From: Octopus vulgaris
Taxonomy: Eukaryota
Assembly: GCA_951406725.2 (NCBI GenBank)
Contig: OX597828.1
Span: 74,462,001-74,526,000, forward strand
Reading direction: 5' to 3'
Length of the DNA: 64,000 nucleotides
The translations under genes were made by a program, and so were the position numbers. The notes under the pieces are model-generated. The model was given only the letters and a program-made list of their open reading frames with translations. It did no database searches and was not told the origin of the DNA. This document shows, in pieces, positions 1-12,422 of this stretch (its first letter is position 1; every line of letters starts with the position of its first letter).

Positions 1-80
1 TGTGTGTGGGTGGGTGGTACTTTTATGCCCCCTCCCCTTGTTATCTCTCCTTTTAATGCCTTTCCCTCATCGCCCTCCAG

Positions 81-313
81 CTTCTTCACATTTTTCCTTA
101 ATAAAAGATTTCAGTCGTCGTGAAGGTTTTAAACAGATTGACTGCCGCCCTGAATCGGTGCTAGTCCTAGACCAAGACGTTGACGTCCAAGCCCTGTTTA
201 ATTTCCTCCTCAACTGGAGAGCCTGCATCGCTGCTGTTGGTCCACAACATGGCATCCCGCCGACCATTTTATCGCCAAATGCTTTCAAAGGGGCTGCCTT
301 GAAATCACTGAAG
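81..313 (+). CDS. DONSON: DONSON (downstream neighbour of SON) homolog, penultimate coding exon
   Basis: AG acceptor at 79-80 after a pyrimidine tract and GT donor at 314 (AAG|GTAATT). Translation IDCRPESVLVL...LFNFLLN...GPQHGIPPTILSPNAFKGAALKSLK resembles the DONSON C-terminal block (DHRPESVVLV...LLNFLIN...[25 protein letters not shown], recalled from memory). Confidence 0.88.
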
Positions 314-648
314 GTAATTTGCAGTTCTTTTTCCCATCCCATGTTAGTTTTGTCCAAGCAGACCCAAGATGAAGGGTCTTAAAGCTGGAACCACATTATC
401 AAATGTATCCTTCCTTGTAGTTTGGTTGTTATTTTCTTGCTGGTAAATCAACAATCCTTTTTTTTTTTTTTTATCTTTTAGTTGAGAGGAAAGACAGTTT
501 CCTTCAGCTCTTACAGAACCTCTGATGCTGATGGAAAGAGTGGGGCAAGAAAGAGGGAGTCATCTCCCAGCTGGTGGGGGGGGGGGTCACTTGAATGCCT
601 GCAAGGTGATGTGGGTGGGGTGAGGTGTCAGATTGGTTGCCAGATTAA

Positions 649-1085
649 CTCTTTAGCATTTAAACTGGCCATATCTAGCCAATATATTGTACCTGCTTTA
701 TGTACAAACTGGCTAGATCTAGCCTCTCACACCTACTTTACAATGTCATTCTGAAAATTATCGTAATTAAATCTCAAAGCTACAAAATTATGTGCGATTA
801 AATCAAGACAATGTGAATTAACCCTTTTGTTACGAAGCCGGCCAAAACCAGCTCTGGCTCTGTGGTAAAATGTCTTGTTTTCATAAGGTTTGAATTAATA
901 TATTCCACCAAGCCTTAGTCACAATTTATGTTCCAAACACTAGCTTAATGATAACTAAGTTATTTTACTAAATTCTTTGTTATATTTAAAATAATTGAAA
1001 GAAACACAGAGCATCTCAACAGAAATACAGTAACAAAAGGGTTAATGAGTATTATAGTTGAATAAATAATCTGAATGTTAAAGGG
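649..1085. mobile_element. piggyBac-like MITE in the DONSON intron, interrupted by a second MITE
   Basis: TTAA-CTCTTTAGCATT ... AATGTTAAAGGG-TTAG ends. Same family as the copy at 49697-49918 (opposite orientation). Confidence 0.6.
822..1041. mobile_element. piggyBac-like MITE nested in the previous MITE
   Basis: TTAA target duplication (818-821 and 1042-1045) flanking perfect 12-bp TIRs CCCTTTTGTTAC / GTAACAAAAGGG. Confidence 0.75.
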
Positions 1086-1458
1086 TTAGACTGATTATAT
1101 TCAGCCAAAATATTTACCTGTTCTGTGTTCCAGCCTCTTACACCTACCTTACAAATATTCTAAAAATAAACCATTAACTTTATTCTTTCTTAAAAGATTT
1201 CATAGTGAAGGTTTTAAATGGGTTCCTTGCCATCTTAATATACTATGTCAGAAAATAGGACATGTTTAATATTGTATGTCAAAAGAAAAAAGCACCCTGT
1301 TGTAGTCGAAGATGCGCATGTCAAAATAGATGGACACATTTTATATTGTAGTCCAAGGTATACTGTGTCAGAAAATTGGACGTATTGTATATTGTAGTGC
1401 AAGGCATGCCTCACTTTGGCAGCAATTCTTTTAGTGTTTCTTAATTCTTCCACCTCAG

Positions 1459-1785
1459 GTAAAACACAGCACAGCCTTACAGAAGGACCGACAGAAAGTC
1501 AGCGTGCTGGAGATGGCTGGACCGATCTTGCCAACACATGTCCAAAGACTGGTCAAGTTGATCCGCCAGACACAAGACCAAAGCTTCACCTTATCTCTTC
1601 ACACTCATGAACCAACGTTAGCGCTTAATGTTCCAACGACACATGCCTCCTCGAATCCGCTTCCTAGCAAAAGCCTAAATAACAAAGTCGGTTCTGCTTT
1701 TTCTTCTACTTCTCTCGTTTCAGCATTTAAACATTCCGTTTCAGACATCACTTGTACTCCTGATGGTTTTCTCTGGTCATCATGA
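1459..1785 (+). CDS. DONSON: DONSON homolog, terminal coding exon
   Basis: Acceptor ttcttccacctcAG at 1457-1458, phase-0 join to the previous exon. Reads VKHSTALQKDRQKVSVLEMAGPILPTHVQRL...SFTLSLHTHEPTLALNV...FLWSS* (TGA 1783-1785), resembling DONSON LEITGPIMPHSL...YPHEPTAVFN...YNWRS. Confidence 0.88.
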   Translation, partial: VKHSTALQKDRQKVSVLEMAGPILPTHVQRLVKLIRQTQDQSFTLSLHTHEPTLALNVPTTHASSNPLPSKSLNNKVGSAFSSTSLVSAFKHSVSDITCTPDGFLWSS

Positions 1786-1827
1786 TGATATTTTGTTAAT
1801 TTTAATTTTTTTGTTTGTGGTTTTTAA

Positions 1828-2047
1828 ATTTTTAATATCATTTGATATCGTTTTTTTTTTTTTTTTTTATATCAATTGATATCAATTTCTTTTATTTTTA
1901 ATATCAATTGATATCAATTTCTTTAATTTTTAATATCAATTGATATCAGTTTTTTAATTTTTAATATCAATTGATATCAGTTTTTTAATTTTTAATATCA
2001 ATTGAAATCAGTTTTATTTTTTTCATATTTAATATCAACTGATATCA
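1828..2047. repeat. Tandem AT-rich ~26-bp repeat with palindromic core ATATCAATTGATAT, in the presumed DONSON 3' UTR
   Basis: About 7 imperfect copies of TTTTTAATATCAATTGATATCA just after the stop codon. Confidence 0.75.
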
Positions 2048-2048
2048 A

Positions 2049-2252
2049 AGGCGGTGTGCTGGCAGAATCGTTAGCACGCTGGGTGAAATGCTTTGTGGTA
2101 TTTCATGTCTTTACATTCTGAGTTCAAATTCCGCTGCAGTTGACTTTGCCTTTCATCCTTTAGGGGTTGATAAATTATGTACCAGTTGTGTACTAGGGGT
2201 TGATCTAATTGACTGTCCCCCCCCCCTGACCTAGGGCCTAGAGTAGAAAAGA
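2049..2252 (+). mobile_element. tRNA-derived SINE with Nin/Deu-like core (octopus SINE family A)
   Basis: GGCGG..GCTGGCAGAATCGTTAGCAC head, GAGTTCAAATTCC B-box and GCCTTTCATCCTT..GGGG..GATAAA..GTACCAG core. Related copies at ~46835-47110(-), 48165-48385(+), 57798-57970(+), 57985-58080(+), 58920-59112(-) and 61722-61900(+). Confidence 0.8.
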
Positions 2253-3674
2253 ACATCAATTTATACCCATTTTTTTCCTCAATTTTTGATGTTAGTTGAT
2301 ATAATTTCAAATTTTTTTATATCAATTGTTATCAATTTAAAAAAAAAAATTACTATCAATTGATGTAAATTCCCCCCCCCCCCCAATATTTTTAATTTAT
2401 TATAAAAAGTACATTGAGTGATAGACTGGCACCGTCCTTAGAGAATCAGAGTAAAATGCTTTGCAGTCTTTGTTGTGTTCAGATGACACCAAAGTCAACT
2501 TAGCCTTTTATCCTCCTTGAACCAACACAATTTAACTGAAACTTTCCCTCAAGTTTGTGCCTTTTTTTTTTTGTTTATGTTAGTAATTATTATTATTATT
2601 ATTATTATTATTTAGGTTTAAATTCCATTGATGCCAGCTTTTACTTACATCCTTTCAGGGTTGATGAAACAAGCACCAGTTGAACATGGGGAGGAGGAGG
2701 GGGCGATCTATTTACCTACCGCTTATCCTGAGCTTGCTGGCCATGTGTCAAAATTTGAAAGCATTATTATTATTATTATATTTGCTGTGGAATATATCAG
2801 ATGTTATTAAGAACACCAGTTATATTTTGACTGGTGTTCTTTGGTTGTTTTGGCCCTCATGGGGCAATATTTTGCTTTCCAAAAGAAATGCTCGTTTAAA
2901 TTTTTAAAAAATTACTTGTAAAAGATGTCAACACTTTCCCTTTAAGAGTGATAACTTCCTCCTACAGCCAAAGACTTTCCTCCTCATCTCTTATTCGCTC
3001 CACTAAATGACTGATGACTGGAGAGAGAACAACCGGAGTATTATTGACCCACTAGAAGCTGACAGTATTGTAGAAAAAATCTGCAATGTCACCGGTTGTG
3101 GCACATCAAGCATTCAGAGGGTCAATGGGGACAGCAACAAGAGCTACAACAATGAAAAGTACTGACATAAAACAGGGAAATGGTGAGTGACAAAAACATG
3201 ACCAGTGGAAAAATGAACAATGCCAACAGCAGTATAGAAAGCTTTCCATATGTGGCCAGCACCAAAAAATAGAAATGTTTCCATCCCTGGAAAATTAAAG
3301 TAGTAAATTGGCTCCAGTATATAAAAAAAGAAATTAATTTTGAGTGGGGCCAGGCAGCAGCAGTATTGAAGTCGAAGCAGAACAAGTGGACAGAACGGTC
3401 CTTTACAGGGGTCTCACTCGTGCGCAGATGAGCCAATCCTGCCACAATCATTAAAGTAGGGTCTAAAAGACATTATGGAAGATGTGGCCCACATGTGAAG
3501 AGGAAGGCAGTTTAACAACATGGAGACACCCTTCTAAAGTGAGGACCTCACTTGGTAACCTTCAATAATGGCGTGAAGGGTGTGTCCTGTAGCAGATGTA
3601 CCTCTCTAAGAGAACTACTTTCCTTATTATAGGCATAAAGCCTTGTATAGGAAAGAATGGAGCTGAGCGAAGAT

Positions 3675-6444
3675 TTAACAAAATTCCTTTATTTTATTTT
3701 CAACATATGTTTCGAAGTCTGCAAAATCCCTAATTCCGAATGAATAAGGAGTCCATTATGCAGCTTTCTCATCAGGAAAATCCAGGAACTTCTTTTGACA
3801 ACAAAATGCACAAGTTTTTAGATGACTACTCTCGAGGAGCCCATAGCGATAATGATAGTGTCTATTTATAGGGGGTGACGTCAGATTGGTTGAATGTAGG
3901 AGAAATTGGCAGTTACTAGAGTTCAAGGGTTCAATCGAGGTTGGAGGAGGAAGGTAAAAGAGTATTAAGGTGAGGGAATGCATTCCGTTTGACTGGTGTT
4001 TATATTTGATTTATTTTATGAATGAGTGCTCGTATGTGTGGGTGTGTATAATTGTCTTAATGTGTGTGTAGAAGGCTGACAGAAAATTAAGTCGGGAGGT
4101 GAAAGGACTGTGTCTGTGTGTTCGAATGTGTCAACTTAAGAGGGAGTGGGCAGAGAGGGCCCACAATAGTAGTGACAAGAGACGAGGGGACTACTGGAAT
4201 TGGTAGCAGCTCTTAGAAATTATGAGAAAGTCTTATAAACTAAAGGGATGAGATATCATAAATTAATTTTGTAGGAAATCCAGGGGTTGTCTATATTAGA
4301 CTTCATTGGTATGAGTGAAAGGTATGCTTTTTCCAGTGTAAACATCTGAAAGATCTCTCGACAATCGAGTTTATTACGTGGCCTCGGGCAAACAGAATAT
4401 GAAAAAGTTCAGAATTACATAGGGCACAGATTTTTCTGGCCTTATCAACCGGTAAGGACACCGACAATATTGACCATTCCAGCGTAAAAGATGAATTTGT
4501 GTTCTTCAAACGCCAGACTAATTTGCTTAGCCCCGTGGTGTGCTGTTTACTCTTATCTCTGAACGTGGAAAAATGGTTGGAGATCCATGTGGCTAATTTA
4601 GAAGAGGTTGCGCCAATATAGAGGTAGACATCGGATCCAGTAGAAATTTTGCACTGGTAAGTGGTGTTTCTAATTTTGGAGTTATTTGATAAGAACCTTA
4701 ATCTATTGGGATTAGTTTCCAATACTAATACAGCGTTCTTATTTCTATGATGGGTGTAAAAATTACTGCTGGATTTGGGCACGATACTATTCATCCTATT
4801 TTCATTACTATTTAAGGCAATATCACCTGCACATTCCCTGTTTCTGGGAATGCTGTGATTGTTATTGTCCGTAAAACTACTGTTAAGAACGCTGCTACTA
4901 TTATTGTTGAGACCCCCCCCCCCTTTTGTTGTCCTGGCCAGTGCTCTTATCCTTATTACTATTGCTAACGCCAATGCTGCTATGAAGGCTGCTAATATCT
5001 GTGCTATTTCTATTATTATTATTACTGTATGTTACGTTGGAATTTGACAGGGCGGTGTCTCTGCTCATGGGTGATGAGACCTTATTTAGCAGCTTATTGT
5101 TATGGGAGGCAATTATCTGTGAGAGATTTTTAGTATTTGAGAAAGCAATCCTTACTTTGTGCGAATTAATAGTGGAGTAATATCTCGAATTTCTGGGAAA
5201 ATTCCTGGCAATGGCTTGGCAAAACTGTAAAGGGAGGTTAGATCCGATTTGTTTCCCAAAAGGAATCACAAACCAGATATAGTTTTTTCTGTTCTTGGAC
5301 TGGCTCGGAGTGTTAACCCTTACATTAAGGGGGGCATCTCTGTATTGAAGAATGGGTTTTGGCTTTTGATGGTCTCCCTTGGTCCGCAACTTATGTTTTT
5401 TGTGTCAACATTGCTAGAGCTACCATCACTACTTATATTATTTATATTATTGTAAGTTAACTTATCCTGATGAGCAAATACTGGTTTCGGATGGGCCGGG
5501 TCGATATATGCTACCTTTTCCCTATAACTGGCTTTTGACAGGGTGGCATTATAGAATTCCGCTTTTTGCTTAAAAATGTCGATGTTGGCAGATAAATTTG
5601 ATAATCTTAAAGAAATATTTTTAACTAAATTATCTGTGATAGTTTTTGCGTGGTTACTGAAAATACTGACATATTTTAGGTTTGTAGAAGGTTTATGGTA
5701 GGGGCAGTAAGAATTGCTATGCAGATTTAGGGCAACATCTAAGAAATTGGCCTTAGTCAGTTCGTTGTCGAAAACTATGTTCATGCCCATCCTACTAAAG
5801 AACCTAGCTAATCTATTTTTAGTTTTCTGTATCCTTCTGTTCGGAGCATTCTGTAGGTAAAAAAGACAATCGTCTCGATATAGACCGCCGCAGATGTCTG
5901 GGAATTAGTCGGCTAATTCATATAGAATATAGATTCCGACCAAATCTGCTATCGGAGCTTCCCGTTGGCACATCGAACGCGTTGGGAGTATCCTTACAGA
6001 CCCATAACTTCAAACTGTATAAAGGATTTTCTAGCTACTAGAATTATATTAATTTCCTCCCTTGTGAGGCCTGCCTTATTATGCGCGTGCCATAGGGCCT
6101 TATTGAGTACACTAGGGTTTATCGAGGGGTAGAAATCAGCAATATCGAACTGAATGAACTTAGTGCTGTTTTTATTAGAAAACGGAAGAAAACCAATTTA
6201 CGACTTGCGTGGAGTTCGCCCAAAGGTTAAGCTTAAGCTTATTGACTAAACTAGGAATGTATTTGTCTAAAATGTACTTACTGATGGAACCGATGTCTGA
6301 ACTAGAAGGGCATATGAGCCTTAATGCTGGATTGGTGTGGAAATTTGGTTTGTGGTCCTTAACGATGAATCTAGGTTGTTTTGGGTTAAGTGGTTGTGTT
6401 CTCATTTGAATTCCATAATTAACCATTATTTTCTTAATCTCCAA
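3675..6444 (-). mobile_element. Penelope-like element (Naiad-type) 1: 5'-truncated, disrupted RT + GIY-YIG and 3' pLTR
   Basis: KDHKPNF..NPALRLICPSSSDIG, GGLYRDDCL (~5870-5890), PYHKP..NLKYVS, IWFVIPFGKQ, YIGATS, LSKLVWRLK, CALCNSE. Contains frameshifts, a stop and an Asn-rich linker. Confidence 0.85.
3697..3780 (-). ncRNA. Minimal type I hammerhead ribozyme in the 3' pseudo-LTR of a Penelope-like element
   Basis: Minus strand reads TTTTC-CTGATGA-G...CTGCA(loop)TGCAG...C-GAAA-C-ATAT-G-T-T-GAAAA. The catalytic core is intact, stem I is TTTTC/GAAAA, stem III is palindromic (ACATATGT), and the cleavage triplet is GUU. Confidence 0.75.
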
Positions 6445-6941
6445 GCTCTCTGTAAATGTCTTCCTGAGATGTCTTCCTTTTTCTGAGGTCAGGTTTCATA
6501 TTTCTTTTTCTCATAAATCGTGAAAGATCCAGTGCTGTATAATTCTCGTAGACTTTTTACAGATGCATTACTGTCGAGTTTTTGAGTGGGTTTTTTTTTT
6601 TCAAAAATTCAATTTTGTCTTGAACAATATCTGGTGTTTGTATTTAGCAGGAATAGTATTTTCTTTATTCATTGGAACCATGGCTGAAGCTAAAAGCAAA
6701 CAGGTTATAATAATAAATAGAACAAAACAAATAAAAAAAATAATAGTCTACCTTGTAAGTACTGTTGACCATATAAGTATCAGCAAGTAGCGCCACCTAA
6801 CATCAGTGACAGATTGGAGAAACCTGGAAAACTTATGATTAGGTCAGCTGAAATTTGTGTTAGATTAGCGATTGACATGTTTTGAAATTTTTAAGTATTG
6901 GTGAGTGAATAAGTTGTGGTGCTGGTACAGGCAAACCAGCA

Positions 6942-7050
6942 ACTTACTTTACACTGAAGGACCACAAGCCAACTTTCAATAAAACACCCGAATGTAAACT
7001 CATTAATCTTGCCAAAAGTCATTTTGGTATTGTAATTAAAACAGTCTTAT
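6942..7050 (+). mobile_element. Short Naiad-type PLE RT fragment
   Basis: Hand translation gives TYFTLKDHKPTFNKTPECKLINLAKSHFG. Confidence 0.6.
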
Positions 7051-7220
7051 AGTAAATGGCTGGGCAACGGAATCTTTTGGAGTGACAGTTTCTGTGTTGT
7101 CTGTTGAAGAGTTCCTCATATTTTGTTTGGTTTTTCCTATATATGTAGCATCTCTGATTGGAAGTTGCTCTGCTTTGTTTATAACATACTGTAGATGGCT
7201 GGTGAAGGATGTGTAGTGGA
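7051..7220 (-). mobile_element. PLE GIY-YIG endonuclease fragment
   Basis: ATYIGKTKQNMRN...DSVAQPF (YIG motif). Confidence 0.45.
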
Positions 7221-7759
7221 TGTGTGTGTGTATTAATAAATACATAAATTGTTTCATGATTAAAAAGGGATTTATTTACATGGATTATAAATACACTACA
7301 TACAATTGTTAGCAAATGCTACGCATTGCTTGTATAGAGCACATAATAAAGATGAATATGTTTGTGTGTGTGTGTGTGTGTGCGGGAATCATTCGAAACA
7401 GTAGCCTGTAGGCATTTTCTCTGTCGTCTCCAAAACGCGGGGTGTCAGCTCCGATTGTCTTTTTTTCTCTGTTTTTCCCTTGTATTTATAATATTTGAAA
7501 CAGTTAGAAAGATAGACATATTGCAACAGATAGACATACTAAGTAGGTCAATGCGTGTCCAGTTGAACTTCGCCTGACATGGCTGAGGTCGCAGGTCAAA
7601 GGGAGATGTCAATCACTTTTTGACAGAACAAAGGATCTTTAAATTTCGCGCCTATACATGCATTGGTATTTGACGACCGATGATTCTTGGATTCGATTTC
7701 GAATCCAAGCTTAGAGAAGGAAGTGCTAACTCCTACAGATGTAAGAAAAAGGTATAAGC

Positions 7760-8522
7760 ACCTGCTGCAACACACAGTGGATGATTGTACTTGACCTCTG
7801 GCTTTCTTTTCTTGCCAACTGCAACCAGCTGAGCGACGATACAGCACTTATGATCATGAGCTCCTAGTGGTCTTTCTATCGGTTCGTCATTTCCAGCATC
7901 AACTCGAAGGTCAAGATTTTGTGATCTATACTGGTCATAAGCCTCTTGCGTTTGCCCTGTCATCTAAAACGGACAAACTCTCGCCTTGTGCTTTCCGTCA
8001 CTTGGAATTTATTTCACAATTTACCAGTGACATTCATCATATACCTGGGAAAGAGAACGTTCCGGCTGACGCTCTTTCTTGCCTTCCAGTCTGTTCTCTT
8101 TCGTCTCCTGCTGCGATGACTTAACTGCCATTTCGCAGGAGCAACCACCTTTGGCGACGTTAGACTTAATTTTGCCTAAGTTCTCCTGTTGCCAGTTTGC
8201 CTATCTTCCGCTTCCGTCAGCTGAAGGTACCATTCTTTGTGATACTTCCACTGCACTCCTTATCACATCCTGGCATCGCTGCTACCCTTAGACTTATCAC
8301 TGCTCGTTTTTTTTGGCCGAATATGTCACATTATTACCTCTTGGACACGCACTTGCTCCAAGTGCCAACGTTCCATGATTCAGCGGCACATTCGTGCCCC
8401 ACTTGGACACTTTCCTCTTATGAAGGCCCATTTTCGACACGTCCGCATTGATCTGGTTGGACTATGGCCTGTGAGTCGCGGGTTCTCTTATCTTTTAACC
8501 TGTGTCAATTGCTTTTCCCATT
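7760..8522 (+). mobile_element. Ty3/Gypsy pol fragment (RNase H to integrase start), degenerate
   Basis: PLAFFSCQLQPAERRYSTYDHELL, HHIPGKENVPADALS, HSLSHPGIAAT..LITARFFWP, FRHVRIDLVG. Confidence 0.85.
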
Positions 8523-8524
8523 GC

Positions 8525-9270
8525 TTCATGGAACACTATTTAATTCCAGGCCGTAAAACAGTTCTCTTGAGGGTCCCCCACAATTGTTCGATGGTCTGTG
8601 TGTGAATTAATGCGTTTGCCGGATCGACAAAGTTCTGACTATGGTTAATTTGTATAACCTGAATTTTGAAGAGAACTATAAGCACCCCAACAGTCACAGT
8701 AAATAATGGAACCTTGACGGGTGTAGCATCTGATTAACGGGATAAGAGTTGAAGCATTGCGTCTTTCCCCTTCCCCACACTCTGATGACAGAGATATCAA
8801 AAATTTCCTTTTCGCTTCCCGTTCGATACCCCCGAAAAGCCAAATAGTCTTTACAAGCCTACCTCGGTTGTATTTTCTTCGAACTAAAACTGTCTCACAA
8901 ATTTCCTCTGCGATCCCTGGCCTCCAATTTGTGCTTGGCAATTTTCAACCCAATGAAGGCAAACTTCAAAGCAGAAAGATTGCCAATCAACAGATGTGGC
9001 AAGCGTTATATCTAAATTTTCCATAACAAATTTATGTGACCAATCTTCTGTTAGGAAATGATTGATGAACAAAAGAACTTTCCATGGGTGTAAACGGCTT
9101 CGCTCCAAAAAGGTGTTCTTGAAGATAGACACTGAAAACCTGCATTCTGTTTCCCTTTGTCTCCGACACCGAACCATCATCCTACATGGAAACATATGAG
9201 TTCCATTTCGAACAACACAGGGGGCATTGCATGTTGGGCAATTCACAAATGCAGGAACAACTCCATGTTA
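8525..9270 (-). mobile_element. Merlin (IS1595/ISXO2-like) transposase fragment
   Basis: CPTCNAPC Zn-ribbon, SIFKNTFLERSRL, RRKYNRGRLVKTIWLFGGIERE, GSIIYCDCWGAY. Confidence 0.85.
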
Positions 9271-9589
9271 GCCACAGTCAACCCTACGACGATCTGATCA
9301 GAGTTGGGGTGACTATCCCTCGCTCCCTGGCCTCATTCAACCCTGTATACCACGTGTTGTGTTGTGTTAAATAGTCCGAATTTAACTCACTGTATAAAAA
9401 CCTTTAGCTCAGTTTAGCGTAGAAAACATTTCCTTCCTCAGGGTCCGTTTCTTCAGGTAAAATCCAGTAATCAGGTAAAATCCACTACATGGTGACGGTT
9501 CAGTTGGTAAAGACTCAGTTGTCGTTTGTTTTATCTACTCTGCATTGCGAGCATTACAAAAGGATGCATCTTCGTCAAAGCAGTTGCTC

Positions 9590-9795
9590 CCGCAAAGCAA
9601 CTGTCGAAAACGCACTCTGCCTTTATAGCCCACCGTGCCCTCATCAATAGATAAATATCTCCCTGGTTCATACAATGTTTTATGTTTTGAACAGTCAATG
9701 AAGGGTTTTATTGTAAATAAGGGTTCTCCACGTACTAGTGTACTGCTTGTGTCTCTTGTATGTAAATACTGAGTCAATTTTAAAAACTGTGTCAT
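9590..9795 (-). mobile_element. piggyBac transposase fragment
   Basis: IKPFID...YEPGRYLSIDEGTVGYKGRVRFRQ (first catalytic D region). Confidence 0.8.
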
Positions 9796-9941
9796 TGTAC
9801 TTCTCTATTCAAGTAAAGTGCAAGTTAAACTAACTGTTCAAACTATAAAGACCGGCGAAATCACTTATATGAGTAAAAAGTATGTTTCTGTCAGTGTTTA
9901 CATTTGTACGATTGCTCTAGAAGTGTGTTAACAAGTTGATT

Positions 9942-12232
9942 CTAAGAGAAGAGAATATGGAAGAGTTCAGAGTTGCAAATGTTACAAAATCTCTTGCCCT
10001 TATCGAAAGGAAAGGATACGGACAGTATGAACCAATCTAACTTAAAATCTTTATTGTTGTCTTTAAGATGATGAAGATGCCAAACCGATTTACTTAGCCC
10101 TGTATTATGGCGTTTTTTGCTATCCCTAAACGATGAATAATGGTTTGAAATTCTTTTGGATAACTGGGAAGTAGACATCGGTACCGAAAGAAATTTTACA
10201 CTGGTATATAGAATTCTTGATCTTTGAATTATTAGACAAAAATTTAATTCTGTTGGGGTTGTCCTCAGAGATCGAACCAAGTTTTTATTGCTGTGATTAT
10301 TATTATTGTTAATACAATTAATATTATTATTAATAATAATACCGTCATTATTCTTCTTATTATTATATAAGGGGTTGGAATTAACGAGATTAATGTAACT
10401 CCCAGATAAAGAACCTTTATTTAGCAGATTGGTATTGTGAGAGATTCTTAGTGTTGGAGAAAGCGACTCTATAGAATTTTTTGGAAAGTTCCTAGCAACC
10501 GCTTTGCGGAACTGCAATGGAAGGTTCGATTTGATTTGTTTTCCAAATGGAATTACGAACCAGATACTTTTCCTAGTGACTTTTAAATTGTAAGTGGTAT
10601 TATCTATAAAGGTAGGGGAAAAGTTTCTTGGGTGGAAATTTGAGGTTAAGAATTTATATTGTGTATTGCGCTGCTTACACTATTAGAATTAAAATCACTC
10701 TTACTATTACAAGTAGATATAGGACTAGATTGAGTAGAATCAGTGTATGACACTTTCTCTTTATAACCAGCTTTTATCAAGGCGGCGTTATGGAAGTCTG
10801 CCTTTTTGTTAAAAATGTCAACATTGGCAGATAATTTAGATAATCTAAGTGAAATGTTTTTAAATAAATTATTAGTAATTGTCCTAGCATGATTACTGTA
10901 AAGACTAATATATTTGAGATTTGTGGAAGGTTTATGGTATGGAAAGTACGGGTTGTTTTGTAAATTGAGAAGCTGGCTTTAGTTAACTCATCGTCAAAAA
11001 TGATGTGAAAGCCCATGCTACTAAAAAAACCTAATCTATTCTTAGTCTTCTGTATTTTTTGATTTGAAATGTTTTGGAGGTAAAGCAGACAATCGTCGTG
11101 ATAAAGACCTCCACTGATGTCTGGGAACTGGTCGGCCATTTCAGAAAGAAGATATATTCCGACCAAATCGGCTATCGGAGCGCTATCTCTACTTCCCATT
11201 AATACATCAAACGTATTTGGAGTATTCTTCCGGACCCACAACTTATTGAACTTGATGAATGATTTCCTAGCAGCCAGTACCACATTAATTTCTTCCCTAG
11301 AGAGACCTACTTTATTGTGTGTATGTCAGAGTGCCTTATTAAGTATAATAGGGTTGATTGATGAATAGAAGCTAGATATATCAAACTGAATAAATTTAGT
11401 GTTGGCCTTATTTGGAAAGTTCCTAGTAACTGCTTTGCGGAACTGCAATGGAAGGTTCGATTTAATTTGTTTTCCAAATGGAATTACGAACCAGATACTT
11501 TTCCTAGTGACTTTTAAATTGTAAGTGGTATTATCTATAAAGGTAGGGGAAAAATTTCTTGGGTGGAAATTTATCTAATATATATTTACTAAGAGTACCA
11601 ATGTCTGAGCTGGAAGGGCATATAAGTTGTAATACTGGGTTAGTATGGAAGTTCTGCTTGTGGTCTTTTAAAATGAACCTGGCTTGTCTGGGGTTCAATG
11701 GTTCTGTCTTCATTTGTAATCCGTAAGTTTCCATAATCTGTTTAGCTTCTAGGTTGGCCTGCCTGAGAGTATTCCTACTGGTGGTCTTGTAATTTTTATG
11801 GATCTCCTTTTCGAGCAGTTCCAAATAATGGCTTTTGGTAAGCTTATAGATGTTACTGGTTTTATCCGATTGAACAAGGACGTAATCTAAGTTATTGATA
11901 TCTCTAGAGACGTTATTAAGATATCTAATGTGCTTATTCCTGAAGGGTGACCGATGAAATTTTATATTCTTTACGATGGTCCAAAGATCATCCTCGAATT
12001 GCTTCAATCTAGGGTTAGATGGAGGGGTACCCTTCGATTTAAATAACTTTTTTATATTCATTAGAGATGTCATTACTGGTCTGTTGTAAGTCCTTATTGT
12101 CGTGGAAGAAGGTAAGCCATCTGATGCGGATGATAAATGCATTAGTCTTATTGACAAGTTGTTTAAGGAAAGCTTTCTTTGTTGGAATAGGAATATCCTT
12201 AAGAGGGGCGTTGATATTGAACAACTCCATTT
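9942..12232 (-). mobile_element. Penelope-like element (Naiad-type) 2: near-complete but frameshifted ORF
   Basis: N-terminus LKDIPIPTKK..LVNKTNAFIIRIRWLTFF, SDKTSNIY, KDHKQNF, FDVLMGSRDSA, GGLYHDD, LSKSVWHL, CNICNSE. Confidence 0.85.
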
Positions 12233-12422
12233 ATTCATATATACATACATATATATATATATATATATATTCGGTTAAGTAATTGAGATTCAAGTGGATT
12301 CTAAAGAATTCACATGAATATGGTCCTTAACTAGGATGCACCGGCAATCTATATGGTGTTAACCATACGATAAGTGGGGTGATTACAAATAGGAAAAAAG
12401 CAACAAGAATGGATTAAAATCT

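Noticed and set aside
2-382. ORF 2-382 as a complete 126-aa protein
   Set aside because: Only 81-313 is exonic. The flanks are intron sequence beyond clear splice sites.
8525-9270. Bacterial IS1595 / contamination
   Set aside because: It fits the eukaryotic Merlin superfamily and is embedded among metazoan TEs next to a spliced gene.
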